A DNA stretch of 64,000 nt. Origin: a virus (Duplodnaviria; Caudoviricetes). Position 1 is the first letter of the stretch, and each line of letters begins with the position of its first letter. The stretch spans positions 32,001 to 96,000 of IMG/VR virus record IMGVR_UViG_3300033074_001674. The stretch is one strand, 5' to 3'. The notes below the pieces were generated by a model that was not told the DNA's origin, did not search any database, and saw nothing but the letters and a program-made list of their open reading frames with translations. Position numbers and translations under genes: made by a program. Below, in pieces: positions 36,463-46,461 of this stretch.

Positions 36463-36977
36463 ATCATGTCCTTCATATATTTATCTGTTACATCTTTACA
36501 GAGAGAAGTTCTACAGTGACAGGACATAGGACATTCACATATGTCTACATTACGGAGGAGATGACCACAAATTCTAATTTGTCCTGCTCCAAAATCTACA
36601 GGGATGCTACAATACCATTCGAGAGGTTTATGTCCTATCGTGCATGGACACTTGCTTACAAATGGAGAGACTCCGCCGCCACAGGCGGGACACAGCCAGC
36701 CATAAAGAACTGGTTTAACGTATAAGTGGCATTCTGGAAAATGGTCTCCACAATATGCAGAACTTTCTTGGCATTTACATTTCATTTTTGGCCATCCAGT
36801 TCTTGGATTTCTCTTCTTAGCAATTCCATCTTTTTCTGATTTTCAACCCATTCAACATTATCTACAAGTGCATTTGTCCAAAAATTATTTACATATTTCT
36901 CAGTAATACTTCCAACAAGTACCGCGCCGATTATAGCTCCTGCCATAAATACGCATATGTCTAAAAACATACTATCG

Positions 36978-37472
36978 CTACGCATATTGATTCTTCCATT
37001 CTTCTTTCCAAATATTGTATACTTGGATACCTTTTTCGTGCGCGTATTCAACACACGATGCAGTTCCTCCTTCTTTATCCCCGTTCCAGCAACATACAAG
37101 GGCTACCGAATTATTTACCATATATTTATTGCGGTAATGAAATTTCCAATTTGCGAATCCTCCCTCCGTCATAATATTTACTTTGACTAGAGGATTATTG
37201 AGCATGTCTATATATCTAGCCTGTGCCTTTTGGCTCCACTTAGATTCTTGACCTTCATAGGGAATACATGCCTCTATTGGGATTCCGCGAAGCAACGCGA
37301 CTTTTGCTGCAATCTGGTCAAATCCTAATGCCATCCCGTTCAAGATTTTAGTGGGCTTTAGCTCATCAAACGCATCTGCAACCTCTGTCATAATTTCCCA
37401 TGACATCGGGCCATCCATATCCCATTCCTTATTGAGACGATTTGGGCGATGGCCAGTTAGTGCCAATATCAT
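36978..37472 (-). CDS. SLOG-superfamily protein (YspA/DUF1273-like)
   Basis: ALTGHRP, GMALGFDQ, RNKYMV, WNG..GGTA.CV.YA. Confidence 0.8.
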   Translation of the reverse strand: MILALTGHRPNRLNKEWDMDGPMSWEIMTEVADAFDELKPTKILNGMALGFDQIAAKVALLRGIPIEACIPYEGQESKWSQKAQARYIDMLNNPLVKVNIMTEGGFANWKFHYRNKYMVNNSVALVCCWNGDKEGGTASCVEYAHEKGIQVYNIWKEEWKNQYA

Positions 37473-37690
37473 TAGCTGCCGCTCCCTGGCTCAACATAAT
37501 CCTGAGCATCTCTAATATGGATTAGAGCACTATCAATTGCATTGACTATATCATTGTAGTCGGGGTCCGCTAAATCATTATCAATATCCACCAATTCTGA
37601 TGAATATAGAATGTCCCAGGCATCTGTTAATTTAGAACGAACCTCTTTAAGCAACTTGGATACTTTTTTGTACTTATTTTTCTTTGTCAT
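37472..37690 (-). CDS. hypothetical protein
   Basis: Translationally coupled ORF. Confidence 0.5.
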   Translation of the reverse strand: MTKKNKYKKVSKLLKEVRSKLTDAWDILYSSELVDIDNDLADPDYNDIVNAIDSALIHIRDAQDYVEPGSGS

Positions 37691-38077
37691 TTAGATTCTC
37701 CCTTCTACTAATATCTTTCCAGGAACTCCCATATCAAAGCCATGTGAATAATAGCCATTATGGCTGTTGTAGAGAGTTAGGAATAGTTCCTTGTCGCCAT
37801 TTGTCAATCTAAATACAGCCGCGCCACCCCCGTCGAATAGGCTTGTATCTTCCAATTCCTTAAAGTATTCCTTATCAAATACGTAGGATTCTAAATCTTC
37901 TGGAGCATTTATATTTGGATGCTCTCCACCGCAAAATTCATAATTGCTGAAATTTGGAAATGTCTGACTATAAAAGTATCCAAAATTCTCACAACAACTT
38001 CCTTGATTGTCGAATCCGACCAATACATCATTATTATCAATGAAATTGATTTTATAACCAGATGTAAATTCTCTCAT
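37691..38077 (-). CDS. conserved phage hypothetical protein
   Basis: SCCE ... NSHNGYYSHG. Confidence 0.65.
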   Translation of the reverse strand: MREFTSGYKINFIDNNDVLVGFDNQGSCCENFGYFYSQTFPNFSNYEFCGGEHPNINAPEDLESYVFDKEYFKELEDTSLFDGGGAAVFRLTNGDKELFLTLYNSHNGYYSHGFDMGVPGKILVEGRI

Positions 38078-38080
38078 ATG

Positions 38081-38299
38081 TCAACTCACACACGCTATAG
38101 TAATTAGGGATGTTTGAATTATACAGTAGAGAATAAAGAGTATCCAAGTAAAAACTACGCAGACATCTCTTGTTTCCCTATCTACACTTTCTGCACTGCA
38201 ATACAATAACCATCCCCAAAACGCCATTACAAGCGCGCCAAAGAAAAATGCCGCGCTTAATGCTCCGGCACTAAAACCTTTAATTGCTTCTACTTCCAT
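38081..38299 (-). CDS. two-TM membrane protein
   Basis: Two hydrophobic segments. Confidence 0.5.
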   Translation of the reverse strand: MEVEAIKGFSAGALSAAFFFGALVMAFWGWLLYCSAESVDRETRDVCVVFTWILFILYCIIQTSLITIACVS

Positions 38300-38306
38300 T
38301 CGTTAC

Positions 38307-38705
38307 CTACTTTGGCCAATAATAAGGTATTAAAGAGCATACATCCCAATTATATTTCCCGTAGTATATTGGGTCTTTTCTTAAAAGATTTCCTCTATGA
38401 GATTCATGAATTGCACCACCAATCCAATCCGGCATCACAATTTCTTCATCTATAAATGCCAGCTTCATATTGTTTTTATATCCTCGCTTCATCCATTCTA
38501 ATATGCATACATTCATATAGTGTGAAAGAGCCGCTCTGTGGCCTCTCCACATTCGAGCCGCAGGATGATTTCTCCATCCCCTTTTATAGTCTGGCTGGAT
38601 TGCATTTAAAAGCTGTTTTGCCTCTAAGCGCTGCTTGCCCAACCTTCTATAATCAAGGCATGCCGCTGATTCTTCAGAAGAAATATATGGTAAGAAAGTT
38701 TGCAT
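38307..38705 (-). CDS. pyrimidine dimer DNA glycosylase / endonuclease V-like (MSMEG_6728 type)
   Basis: MQTFLPY..LDYRRLGKQRLEA, NHPA..MW.G, HESHR.NLLRKD. Confidence 0.85.
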   Translation of the reverse strand: MQTFLPYISSEESAACLDYRRLGKQRLEAKQLLNAIQPDYKRGWRNHPAARMWRGHRAALSHYMNVCILEWMKRGYKNNMKLAFIDEEIVMPDWIGGAIHESHRGNLLRKDPIYYGKYNWDVCSLIPYYWPK

Positions 38706-39577
38706 TAGTCTAATCCGTATTTAGCTAATCTTTCATGAGCAACATTAATCCAGGGGATTCCATCTTCTCTATCAAATAAATCCCCACCTACAAATTTACG
38801 CCCATTCTTAATTGCTGCCACAAGACTTGTTCCACTTCCCAGAAATGGGTCAACAACCAATCCGCCATGCGGAGCGAAACATTTTACAGCATCTTCTGCC
38901 AATCTGAGCGCAAACACAGCTCCATGTTTGGTAGCGCTCGCATGAGGACAATCATGACCAAAACCAACAGTTCCATAATCCCAAACAGTTCCTCTGTGTC
39001 TTAAATTTTTCTCTGTCATAGGACCAGATGCAGGTCTATTGAAGAATGTTCCATCAGTTTTTCGGACAGCTACATTCTTTCCTATTTTAGTGTATTTGGC
39101 TGGCTCGGCCAATTCTTCCTTATTAAAATAGGGATAAATTCCTTTTTGTGGTGGTTTTTGCGCCCAAATTACAATTTCTGTGTCACACCGCCAGCGACCG
39201 CCGTATGCCCCAGGCGCCCCCCTTCTTTTATAGTAAAGAATATCTGGAATGCGCAATTCAACTCTTTTTGCCCAATCTAAAATAACTTCTTGAATATAAA
39301 GCCCGCGCTCTGTCCCAAATCCCTTTCTCCAATTTCTAACTGGCGCCCCTATTACGACAAAAGCGTTGCCATCTGGAGCTAGCGCCAGTTTGATATAATC
39401 GCCAAGTTCTTGATAGTCTTTAAAAGTCCAAGATACTTCATTCCCATATGTTCTAGCATCTGCGTATGGCGGGCTAGTAAGAACTAGCTGTGCTAGCCCT
39501 TCGACTCTAGCTAAATTATCTTGATAAGATTCTTTAAATAAAGAATATCTATAATCACCAGATATGATTTCTGTCAT
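38705..39577 (-). CDS. beta-class amino (N4-C/N6-A) DNA methyltransferase
   Basis: TSPPY near N-terminus; H.AVF and VVDPFLGSGT near C-terminus. Confidence 0.88.
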   Translation of the reverse strand: MTEIISGDYRYSLFKESYQDNLARVEGLAQLVLTSPPYADARTYGNEVSWTFKDYQELGDYIKLALAPDGNAFVVIGAPVRNWRKGFGTERGLYIQEVILDWAKRVELRIPDILYYKRRGAPGAYGGRWRCDTEIVIWAQKPPQKGIYPYFNKEELAEPAKYTKIGKNVAVRKTDGTFFNRPASGPMTEKNLRHRGTVWDYGTVGFGHDCPHASATKHGAVFALRLAEDAVKCFAPHGGLVVDPFLGSGTSLVAAIKNGRKFVGGDLFDREDGIPWINVAHERLAKYGLD

Positions 39578-40296
39578 ATTAAACCTTTATTGAAATTGAA
39601 ATTATAAACTCTTTTAATCCAAGTTAAAAACTTGGACTTAGTCATGCGTCTTTTTGCATAATTACAATCGCCACAACATGAAACACAATTATTTATTTCA
39701 TAGCCAATATTATTATCAACTCTATCTATGCCGTTGGCAATAAGATAAACACCCGATGGTTTGCGCGATTTTTTAATCGTAGGCTCAATGCCACAATAAG
39801 CACAATTATTCATTATTAGTAATTCAAATTGTTCCATACTTAGGGAGAACATCAATTTTCGTTTTTCTGCACCTTTAATATAACTATCGTAGTGTTGTCT
39901 AAGCAAAGATTCATGTGAAGTTTTCTCATAATTAGTACATCCACAACTTTTAATATTGCCTCTTTGTAAGGCGCTAACTGGATGATAAACAATATTCCCA
40001 CAATCACATTTGAACTCATATACAGTTCTATTATTAGAGCCTTCTTTTCTCATTAAAGTTTGATTGCCTGTATATCTTAATTTACCAAAACTAACATTGT
40101 TTTCTATTGAATGTTTAATTCTTCTACAACCACAATTAGTTGATAACTTATTATTCAAATTCTTCCCTGAAACAAGTTTTGTTGTTCCACATTCACAAGT
40201 ACATTCCCAATAAATCCTATTATTTTTAATCTGATATTTATCGCTTACCATCCATGCTTCAATTTTTTTATTACTTAAATCTATAAATCTTGGCAT
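39574..40296 (-). CDS. HNH-type homing endonuclease
   Basis: CECG/CDCG repeats, CAYCG, NGIDRVDNNIGY..NCVSCC..CN..K. Confidence 0.85.
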   Translation of the reverse strand: MPRFIDLSNKKIEAWMVSDKYQIKNNRIYWECTCECGTTKLVSGKNLNNKLSTNCGCRRIKHSIENNVSFGKLRYTGNQTLMRKEGSNNRTVYEFKCDCGNIVYHPVSALQRGNIKSCGCTNYEKTSHESLLRQHYDSYIKGAEKRKLMFSLSMEQFELLIMNNCAYCGIEPTIKKSRKPSGVYLIANGIDRVDNNIGYEINNCVSCCGDCNYAKRRMTKSKFLTWIKRVYNFNFNKGLI

Positions 40297-40300
40297 TTGC

Positions 40301-41086
40301 CTAAGCCCCGCTCCTGCTTAAATGATAAGTTGTACTGCTGCCACAAATTCTGATTGGTATGCCGGCATTTCTATATCTCATCATTAAAGTTATATCGCCG
40401 GTCCCATACTCCATACGCGGAAGCATTGGGCCAAACTTCCTGTACAATTCTTTACTTTGAAGCCATGAGCAACCATCGGCCGAACCATTCATTGGACATC
40501 CGGGGATATCTTTAGGCGCACTCCAATATTTATTAGCCTTTTCGAAATCACAAATATCCGCCACTTCATTTTTGTTGCACCACGCCTGAAATTCATCCTC
40601 CTTAAACGTATCCCACGAATGTCCAAATGGCTCTAATATATGCCTAGATAGAGGCACGTTCTCTTTTGATTCTATGCAATTGTGAAATAATACCAAATCT
40701 TTCGTTGCCCAATGAACATCATCCCAACATTCTAGCATATTCTTGAATGCGCCTTGACCAAAGGCTTGGTCAGAGCCTGCCCTCATATTAAGCGGCGAAC
40801 TTCCTATTGTTTGGCACCTGTCCCAGCAACGATAAAGATTATGAAGGAATGTTTCATAATCATCGCCTTCTACTTCATAATACATCTCTGTTTTAATTTG
40901 ATTATCGGCAGCTATCTTGAGTATTGCATTAGTTATCTCATCTGAGATTTTACTATTCTTATAGATAATCGTATAAAACTCCCACATTGAGCGGTCTAAA
41001 CCGGCATTTCTTAGAACATTATCAACATGCGCGGCATATCTATCTGGATGCTTACCAGCAACTGTACAGTAATCAAATCTAATCAT
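40301..41086 (-). CDS. putative GT-A fold glycosyltransferase
   Basis: GSDQAF (DxD equivalent), GDITL, TYH; resembles 42489..43226. Confidence 0.55.
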   Translation of the reverse strand: MIRFDYCTVAGKHPDRYAAHVDNVLRNAGLDRSMWEFYTIIYKNSKISDEITNAILKIAADNQIKTEMYYEVEGDDYETFLHNLYRCWDRCQTIGSSPLNMRAGSDQAFGQGAFKNMLECWDDVHWATKDLVLFHNCIESKENVPLSRHILEPFGHSWDTFKEDEFQAWCNKNEVADICDFEKANKYWSAPKDIPGCPMNGSADGCSWLQSKELYRKFGPMLPRMEYGTGDITLMMRYRNAGIPIRICGSSTTYHLSRSGA

Positions 41087-41283
41087 AACATCACCGCATC
41101 AAGCGATACAACAATCTTATCATCCCTAATAAATAATCTATCTTCTTTCATAGCATCATCATATAATTTAGCAACCCCAAGAGCTTCAATGGCAGGCAGT
41201 TCTACCACCTCTCTAGTTCCATCCGAATAATCAAATATCACATCAATGGTCATTGAATTTTTCTCCCCAATTATGTCCACCAT
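41083..41283 (-). CDS. hypothetical protein
   Basis: ORF in the co-directional run. Confidence 0.45.
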   Translation of the reverse strand: MVDIIGEKNSMTIDVIFDYSDGTREVVELPAIEALGVAKLYDDAMKEDRLFIRDDKIVVSLDAVML

Positions 41284-42466
41284 GTATTGTTGAACTATTC
41301 AACAATCTCATATGAATTAACGGCCTACCTATATAGGTAGAACTTATATCTTTGTGAGAGTATTCGAGTAAAGGCTTGATATGTTCTGGATTTCTCATAT
41401 ATGTTGTTTTGAAGTAGCCGCGCGATATTCCAAGCTCAAACCATGCCACAGTAAACCCATGCTCTATTTGGAGCGTGAGCGCCCTGCCAGAAATATAGTC
41501 AGAGCATTGCTTCATTAGCTCAGTTCTCATCATTGAGATTGGAAACTCCACAAACCAGTTATTTCTAAAACTATCATTCCTAATCCATAGGACATCTTCA
41601 TTATTAATAGGCACAAATGATTCTTGTTTCCTAACTTCCCAATCTATTCTTTCTCTATGTGCCTCTATATTATATCCTCCGGCCATGAATGATAAAATGC
41701 CAATATACCTTCCACAATGCTCTAATTCGTTTATTTTTTGCATGTCTTGCAATGTTGGTAATTTGTCAACCGTAGCATCATCTTCTGAATAAAGCACCCA
41801 TGGGGTTTTTACTAGACTTAACGCATCTCGCTGATTTTTTACCATTCCTCTACGTTTGGCAGCTATAATTACCCAATTATTACTCAATGCATATGTCACG
41901 AGGGACGCCGGAACACCTTCTCCAAAGTCATCTAAAGATAATATCTTATCACCAAAAACATCGGTTAGTGCAGCATCTATATTTGTCAAGACCTTGTTGA
42001 GATTATCCAGTCTGTTCGGTAAAGTCGTACCAATTACAACTATGCTGGCCATTTTAGCCTGGTTTTGAGATTCTCTACCAACGATATATTGAAATTCCGG
42101 CGAATACACATGAAATACTAGGGATTGCGGAACATATTTGCCAGCAGCAATCTCCCTATATTTAGAGAGGTTAGCCATATGTTTTGAAAGGTCATCTTTA
42201 GAGCGGATTCCTATTTTTGCATAGGCTCTAAGGCCAGCCCCTTTATCTACGAAATACACAAAAGATTTTGCAAATTGCACATCTTCTGATGTGGCAGGCT
42301 GATAATCTGCTATGTCAATACCTATTAAATTGCGGTACTCCCATATGCGCTTAGATTCTAGGCATAGTTCGTCAAAAGAAAGCCCAAGTTCTCTTTGATA
42401 ATCTGACGGCGGCGCCCCTGTGTCATATAAATGTACGAAGAGCCTAGCCCAATCTTTGCTATCCAT
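41243..42466 (-). CDS. GT-A glycosyltransferase with tandem N-terminal HTH-like repeats
   Basis: SIVVIGT..R, LSLDD, VKTPWVLYSEDD. Confidence 0.7.
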   Translation of the reverse strand: MDSKDWARLFVHLYDTGAPPSDYQRELGLSFDELCLESKRIWEYRNLIGIDIADYQPATSEDVQFAKSFVYFVDKGAGLRAYAKIGIRSKDDLSKHMANLSKYREIAAGKYVPQSLVFHVYSPEFQYIVGRESQNQAKMASIVVIGTTLPNRLDNLNKVLTNIDAALTDVFGDKILSLDDFGEGVPASLVTYALSNNWVIIAAKRRGMVKNQRDALSLVKTPWVLYSEDDATVDKLPTLQDMQKINELEHCGRYIGILSFMAGGYNIEAHRERIDWEVRKQESFVPINNEDVLWIRNDSFRNNWFVEFPISMMRTELMKQCSDYISGRALTLQIEHGFTVAWFELGISRGYFKTTYMRNPEHIKPLLEYSHKDISSTYIGRPLIHMRLLNSSTIHGGHNWGEKFNDH

Positions 42467-42488
42467 TTCTCCCTACTAGGGAGTAGAT

Positions 42489-43226
42489 TCACTTGAGGTC
42501 ATCTGACTCGGCAGATTCTCCTCTTTGGAGATGATATACAATTGAATCGTTGACCATTATATGTTTAAGTCCAAATTTTTCCCACAACTTATAAAAAGTT
42601 ATCCTATCTCCTGGTATGCCATTAGTATTCTTGGTCCATCCCCCAACAGACTTAAGAATATCTGTCTGGAACAAACTAGGCATGTATGCTCCAACGCCAA
42701 TAGAGTAGCTCTCCTCAGAGATGCCAGCAGCAAATTCCTCGAAATCATCTTTTCTGAAAGACTTGATTGTTTGACCAAAATTTTTGCCTATTAGCCCTGG
42801 TAAAGATGGCATTCTTTCGCTCTCAACTAGCCTGCTGGTTGGTATTACTAAATCTAATGGATACTTATTTAAGTTGTCAAGCCATGAATGAGTAAACGCC
42901 ATATCGCTGTTAACAAAGCAGATACGCTCTGTTTTACATTCATTTAAGGCTCTGTTCCATGCGTTATATACATTTTGTATCCACCAATCATTAGGGTTCT
43001 CATTCCTATGTACTACAACACGGATGTTGGCTCGTGCAGCTATCGCATTATTCCACGCATCGCTATTTAAGTAATCAACAACACAATCCCATGGGTCATT
43101 TGCTACAACAAGATATTCTACTTTTTTATCCTCAGCAACACGATTCCATACTCCTAACAATGAATTGAATACAAATTCTAAATATTTAGGATTAGCATAA
43201 ATTAGAGTAGCGACAGTAATTTTCAT
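42489..43226 (-). CDS. GT2-like glycosyltransferase
   Basis: LVVAND, AWNRAL, FVNSDM, VGGW, GD, VYH. Confidence 0.75.
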   Translation of the reverse strand: MKITVATLIYANPKYLEFVFNSLLGVWNRVAEDKKVEYLVVANDPWDCVVDYLNSDAWNNAIAARANIRVVVHRNENPNDWWIQNVYNAWNRALNECKTERICFVNSDMAFTHSWLDNLNKYPLDLVIPTSRLVESERMPSLPGLIGKNFGQTIKSFRKDDFEEFAAGISEESYSIGVGAYMPSLFQTDILKSVGGWTKNTNGIPGDRITFYKLWEKFGLKHIMVNDSIVYHLQRGESAESDDLK

Positions 43227-43410
43227 AGGTTATCCCAATCTCTACTTACAACTTCAGCATGGGCTTTATCCATATATAGGATAGCTGCTTGAATACACAA
43301 GAAACATCTCTTCCAATATTTTCTTTCCTCTTCAGAATCCACGCAAATAGACATGGAGCGGGCTCTTACAAAAGAATCCAGCAGTTTGTCTTCAAGAACA
43401 GTCGTATATC

Positions 43411-44550
43411 TCACGCCCAATTACTCCTAATAAATCGATTATGCCAAGGCTCTAAATCTCTATCGAAATCTCTATCAAGTCTTGCCAATAGGTCATCTAT
43501 GATTCTTTCAGATGCCCTGCCATCTCCTAGAGAATAACCCTTCACAGGATATTTGCCCCAAACCTTATCTGCTGCGCTTTCAATATCTAAGTCTTGCATC
43601 GCTACAATGCCGCTCTTAAATGTCTCAGGTCGCTCGGTGCACGGCCTAATCACAACGCAAGGAACGCTTAGTAGTGTGGAAGTCTCTTGATTAGTGCCGG
43701 AATCTGTGAATTCGATTGCCGCACCGGCTTCCAATGAAATAAATTCAAAAAATGGCAGCGGCTCTGTAAAAATAAACACGTCATCAAATCTGTGAAATTG
43801 CCCTTCCATTATTTGTTTAAGTCTTGGCATTACAGGCAAAACACACTTCATATTGTGCATTCTGCACCAATCTCGAACTCTTCCTATTGCGATTGGAGCC
43901 ACATCTCCTCTCATATTGGAATCTCTGTGTAATGTCATGAGGGCATATTTCTTGTATGGCAGGTGATATTTGCCACAGGCCATTAGTGGCTTAATTTTCT
44001 GTCCGTAGTGTTGTATCACATCAACTATTGTATTGCCAACCACGACTATCTTGGTGGGGCAAATACCCTCTTGAACAAGTCTACATTTGTGGTCATTATG
44101 ATATACATAGTAAACAGAGCTTATCCTATCTATGATAATTCTATTTTGCTCCTCTGGCATATCTAAATCATAAGACCTCATTCCTCCCTCTATATGACAA
44201 ATTGGTATTCTCATTTTCCATGGGACTAATGCTCCAATTACCGCATTAGTATCTCCTAAAAACAAACATGCATCCGGCCTGTCTTTAATAAAGACGTCTT
44301 CTAATTGAGAGATAATGCGTGAATGCTGGCTACAATGAGTGTTGCCACCGCAATCCAAAATAATATCAGGTCTTGTAACTCCCATTTCTTCAAAGAAGAT
44401 ATCCTTTAAATTATTATCATAATGCTGATTTGTATAAATGAACTGTAAGTCAATAAACTTATTATTTCTTAATTTATTAAGGATTAAAGAACATCTAACA
44501 ATATCTGGACGAGTACCTATAATCATGGCTAATCTAAACTTTTTAGACAT
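43411..44550 (-). CDS. wecB: UDP-N-acetylglucosamine 2-epimerase (non-hydrolysing)
   Basis: GTRPD, QHYD, GDTN, HIEGGMRS, MPEE.NR, VGNT..D, TLHR, TDSG..QE, TERPE, GDGRA. Confidence 0.92.
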   Translation of the reverse strand: MSKKFRLAMIIGTRPDIVRCSLILNKLRNNKFIDLQFIYTNQHYDNNLKDIFFEEMGVTRPDIILDCGGNTHCSQHSRIISQLEDVFIKDRPDACLFLGDTNAVIGALVPWKMRIPICHIEGGMRSYDLDMPEEQNRIIIDRISSVYYVYHNDHKCRLVQEGICPTKIVVVGNTIVDVIQHYGQKIKPLMACGKYHLPYKKYALMTLHRDSNMRGDVAPIAIGRVRDWCRMHNMKCVLPVMPRLKQIMEGQFHRFDDVFIFTEPLPFFEFISLEAGAAIEFTDSGTNQETSTLLSVPCVVIRPCTERPETFKSGIVAMQDLDIESAADKVWGKYPVKGYSLGDGRASERIIDDLLARLDRDFDRDLEPWHNRFIRSNWA

Positions 44551-45209
44551 TCCCATTTTCTCCTTAAGTATAAATCTGTATCACTAATTAGGTAGTATCC
44601 TAATTCTTTAGATTTCTTTGCAATTCTCAAAGAATAACATCCAGATGGCTTAGTTATTTTACATCTAAAATTAGTATTCATCACCTTTGATATGAATAAT
44701 AAAAACATACTTAATGTTTCTTTTGTTCCTAAGATTTCTATTACTGGAACATGCGGAACATTTCTATCTTTTCTTATCTTGCTATAAACATGGACACATC
44801 CATCTCCATCTATATAGCCCCTTAAGAAATGTCTCATATTTTCATCATCTAAATTTGGGGCCACATATGTAAATGTCTTTCTTGGCGTTATATTAAAATT
44901 ATCGAAAAGGTCATTTATCAATCTATTAGAAAAAAGAACAATTTGACAACTCTCTGTAAATTTTACTATCCCTTTTTTAATGGATGAATAACTTTTTTGT
45001 TTTCTAATTTTAATTGGATGATTAGCTTCTATCTGCTTCTTAAATAATTCTAAGTGTTCAATGTCTTTTGTTGAAATCTTAAGTTTAAGAGCCTTCCTAT
45101 CAGACAGGATACATCCATCAGCCGCTATAAAACCTGCCCAATATGAAGAAATTGGATTTACATTTAAAAAAAATAATTCGTTAAATTTATATTTTCTTTT
45201 ATCTTTCAC
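44529..45209 (-). CDS. free-standing LAGLIDADG homing endonuclease
   Basis: YWAGFIAADG and FLRGYIDGDG. Confidence 0.88.
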   Translation of the reverse strand: MKDKRKYKFNELFFLNVNPISSYWAGFIAADGCILSDRKALKLKISTKDIEHLELFKKQIEANHPIKIRKQKSYSSIKKGIVKFTESCQIVLFSNRLINDLFDNFNITPRKTFTYVAPNLDDENMRHFLRGYIDGDGCVHVYSKIRKDRNVPHVPVIEILGTKETLSMFLLFISKVMNTNFRCKITKPSGCYSLRIAKKSKELGYYLISDTDLYLRRKWECLKSLD

Positions 45210-46030
45210 AGAGTGCTCGCATATGGCGCTACTTCAGATAACATTTTATCTATATCTGATGGCTTCAGCCATTCTTGCCACTTTTTAATCGTTCTTAGAG
45301 TTCTATCACATGCTTCGGCAGCCATTGTAGGATGAACTTCTACATTCAAGTCAAATGCTGTTGCCATTTTAACCAATAAGTTATACTTATCGACATCTGT
45401 TGAATAAAGATTAAAATTATCAAATTGATACAGGTCTTGCTCGATAATCTTATCTATGCACTTTGCAAGCTCTAAGGTGGTAAGCCCGTTCCATTTGTGG
45501 TTCATAAAACCATCGACCTTGTTGCCGGCTTTACCAATGAGCCACTCCATTAATGAGCGCTTATTGCCATGCCATTCTGGTCCAATGATGCTTGTGCGAA
45601 TTACTAGGGAATTTTCTGGCTCTCCCAGACTTTTGCTCTTGCCGTATTCGTCTGTAGCGTTGTGCGGAATATTTTCCGTATACTTGCCGCGTAATCCGTC
45701 ATAAACACAGTCAGTCGTGATATGAATCAACTTTAGCTTTTGCTGTTCGCATTGGTCCGCTAATTTGCGAGGAAAAACCGCATTTGTATAGATGCTTAGT
45801 AGCATTTGGTCAAGACTTTTGAACTTCGGCTTGATTGCGCCAATACAGTTAAGAACATAATCTCCGGCAGACAATCCATATATCGCCACTCCAGCATCAT
45901 TTGGACTGTTGTAGTGCGCTCTAAAATTGTTCCCATTAAACCCTTGTACATCATATTTATCAAGGCTACGGAAGTAGCGCTCTGCCATTCCACCTAGCAT
46001 GCCTCCTGTGCCTATAATTCTGACTTTCAC
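45206..46030 (-). CDS. dTDP-4-dehydrorhamnose reductase-like SDR (RmlD-like)
   Basis: GTGGMLG, NCIG, HITTDCVYDG, YGKSKSLGE, RTSIIG. Confidence 0.85.
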   Translation of the reverse strand: MKVRIIGTGGMLGGMAERYFRSLDKYDVQGFNGNNFRAHYNSPNDAGVAIYGLSAGDYVLNCIGAIKPKFKSLDQMLLSIYTNAVFPRKLADQCEQQKLKLIHITTDCVYDGLRGKYTENIPHNATDEYGKSKSLGEPENSLVIRTSIIGPEWHGNKRSLMEWLIGKAGNKVDGFMNHKWNGLTTLELAKCIDKIIEQDLYQFDNFNLYSTDVDKYNLLVKMATAFDLNVEVHPTMAAEACDRTLRTIKKWQEWLKPSDIDKMLSEVAPYASTL

Positions 46031-46461
46031 CTAAGCCTCACTATGCTATCATTTGATAATTTAATTCGTCCAGCCCTATTTGAAAATGTCCACCACCCCA
46101 TCACCGTTCCATGAATCATGTGTGGAATGGTCTTTTTAAATTCCTTGCCCCACATCTTGTATTTAATGCCATCTAAAATAGATATAAATGTAGCCTCTAT
46201 ACCTCCTCTTAGTTGGGAATATGAGACAAATTTTAAACAATCAAAAAATATACTATTACTTACATACTTAACTGTTCTTTTATCTCCCCACCAGGTTGAT
46301 GTAACATATGAATTATTTACTTCATCGAAGACAATGTTTAATTCCTTTTTTGGTGGCTTTTGACCAAAAGTTCTTCTAATCGCATGACCTAAATTGGCGA
46401 TATCAGCTTCCGACAATGAAGACCTTGCGATTCTCTCTAGTTCTTGTAGCTTTAAATCCAC
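46027..46461 (-). CDS. hypothetical protein, paralog of 46461..46955
   Basis: MDLKLQELER..; F.D; SILDG..Y; G...G.WTF. Confidence 0.6.
   Translation of the reverse strand: MDLKLQELERIARSSLSEADIANLGHAIRRTFGQKPPKKELNIVFDEVNNSYVTSTWWGDKRTVKYVSNSIFFDCLKFVSYSQLRGGIEATFISILDGIKYKMWGKEFKKTIPHMIHGTVMGWWTFSNRAGRIKLSNDSIVRLR

Noticed and set aside
30976-45209. Group I introns hosting the GIY-YIG, HNH and LAGLIDADG ORFs
   Set aside because: Flanking genes look complete and abut or overlap the endonuclease ORFs, leaving no room for a ribozyme core.
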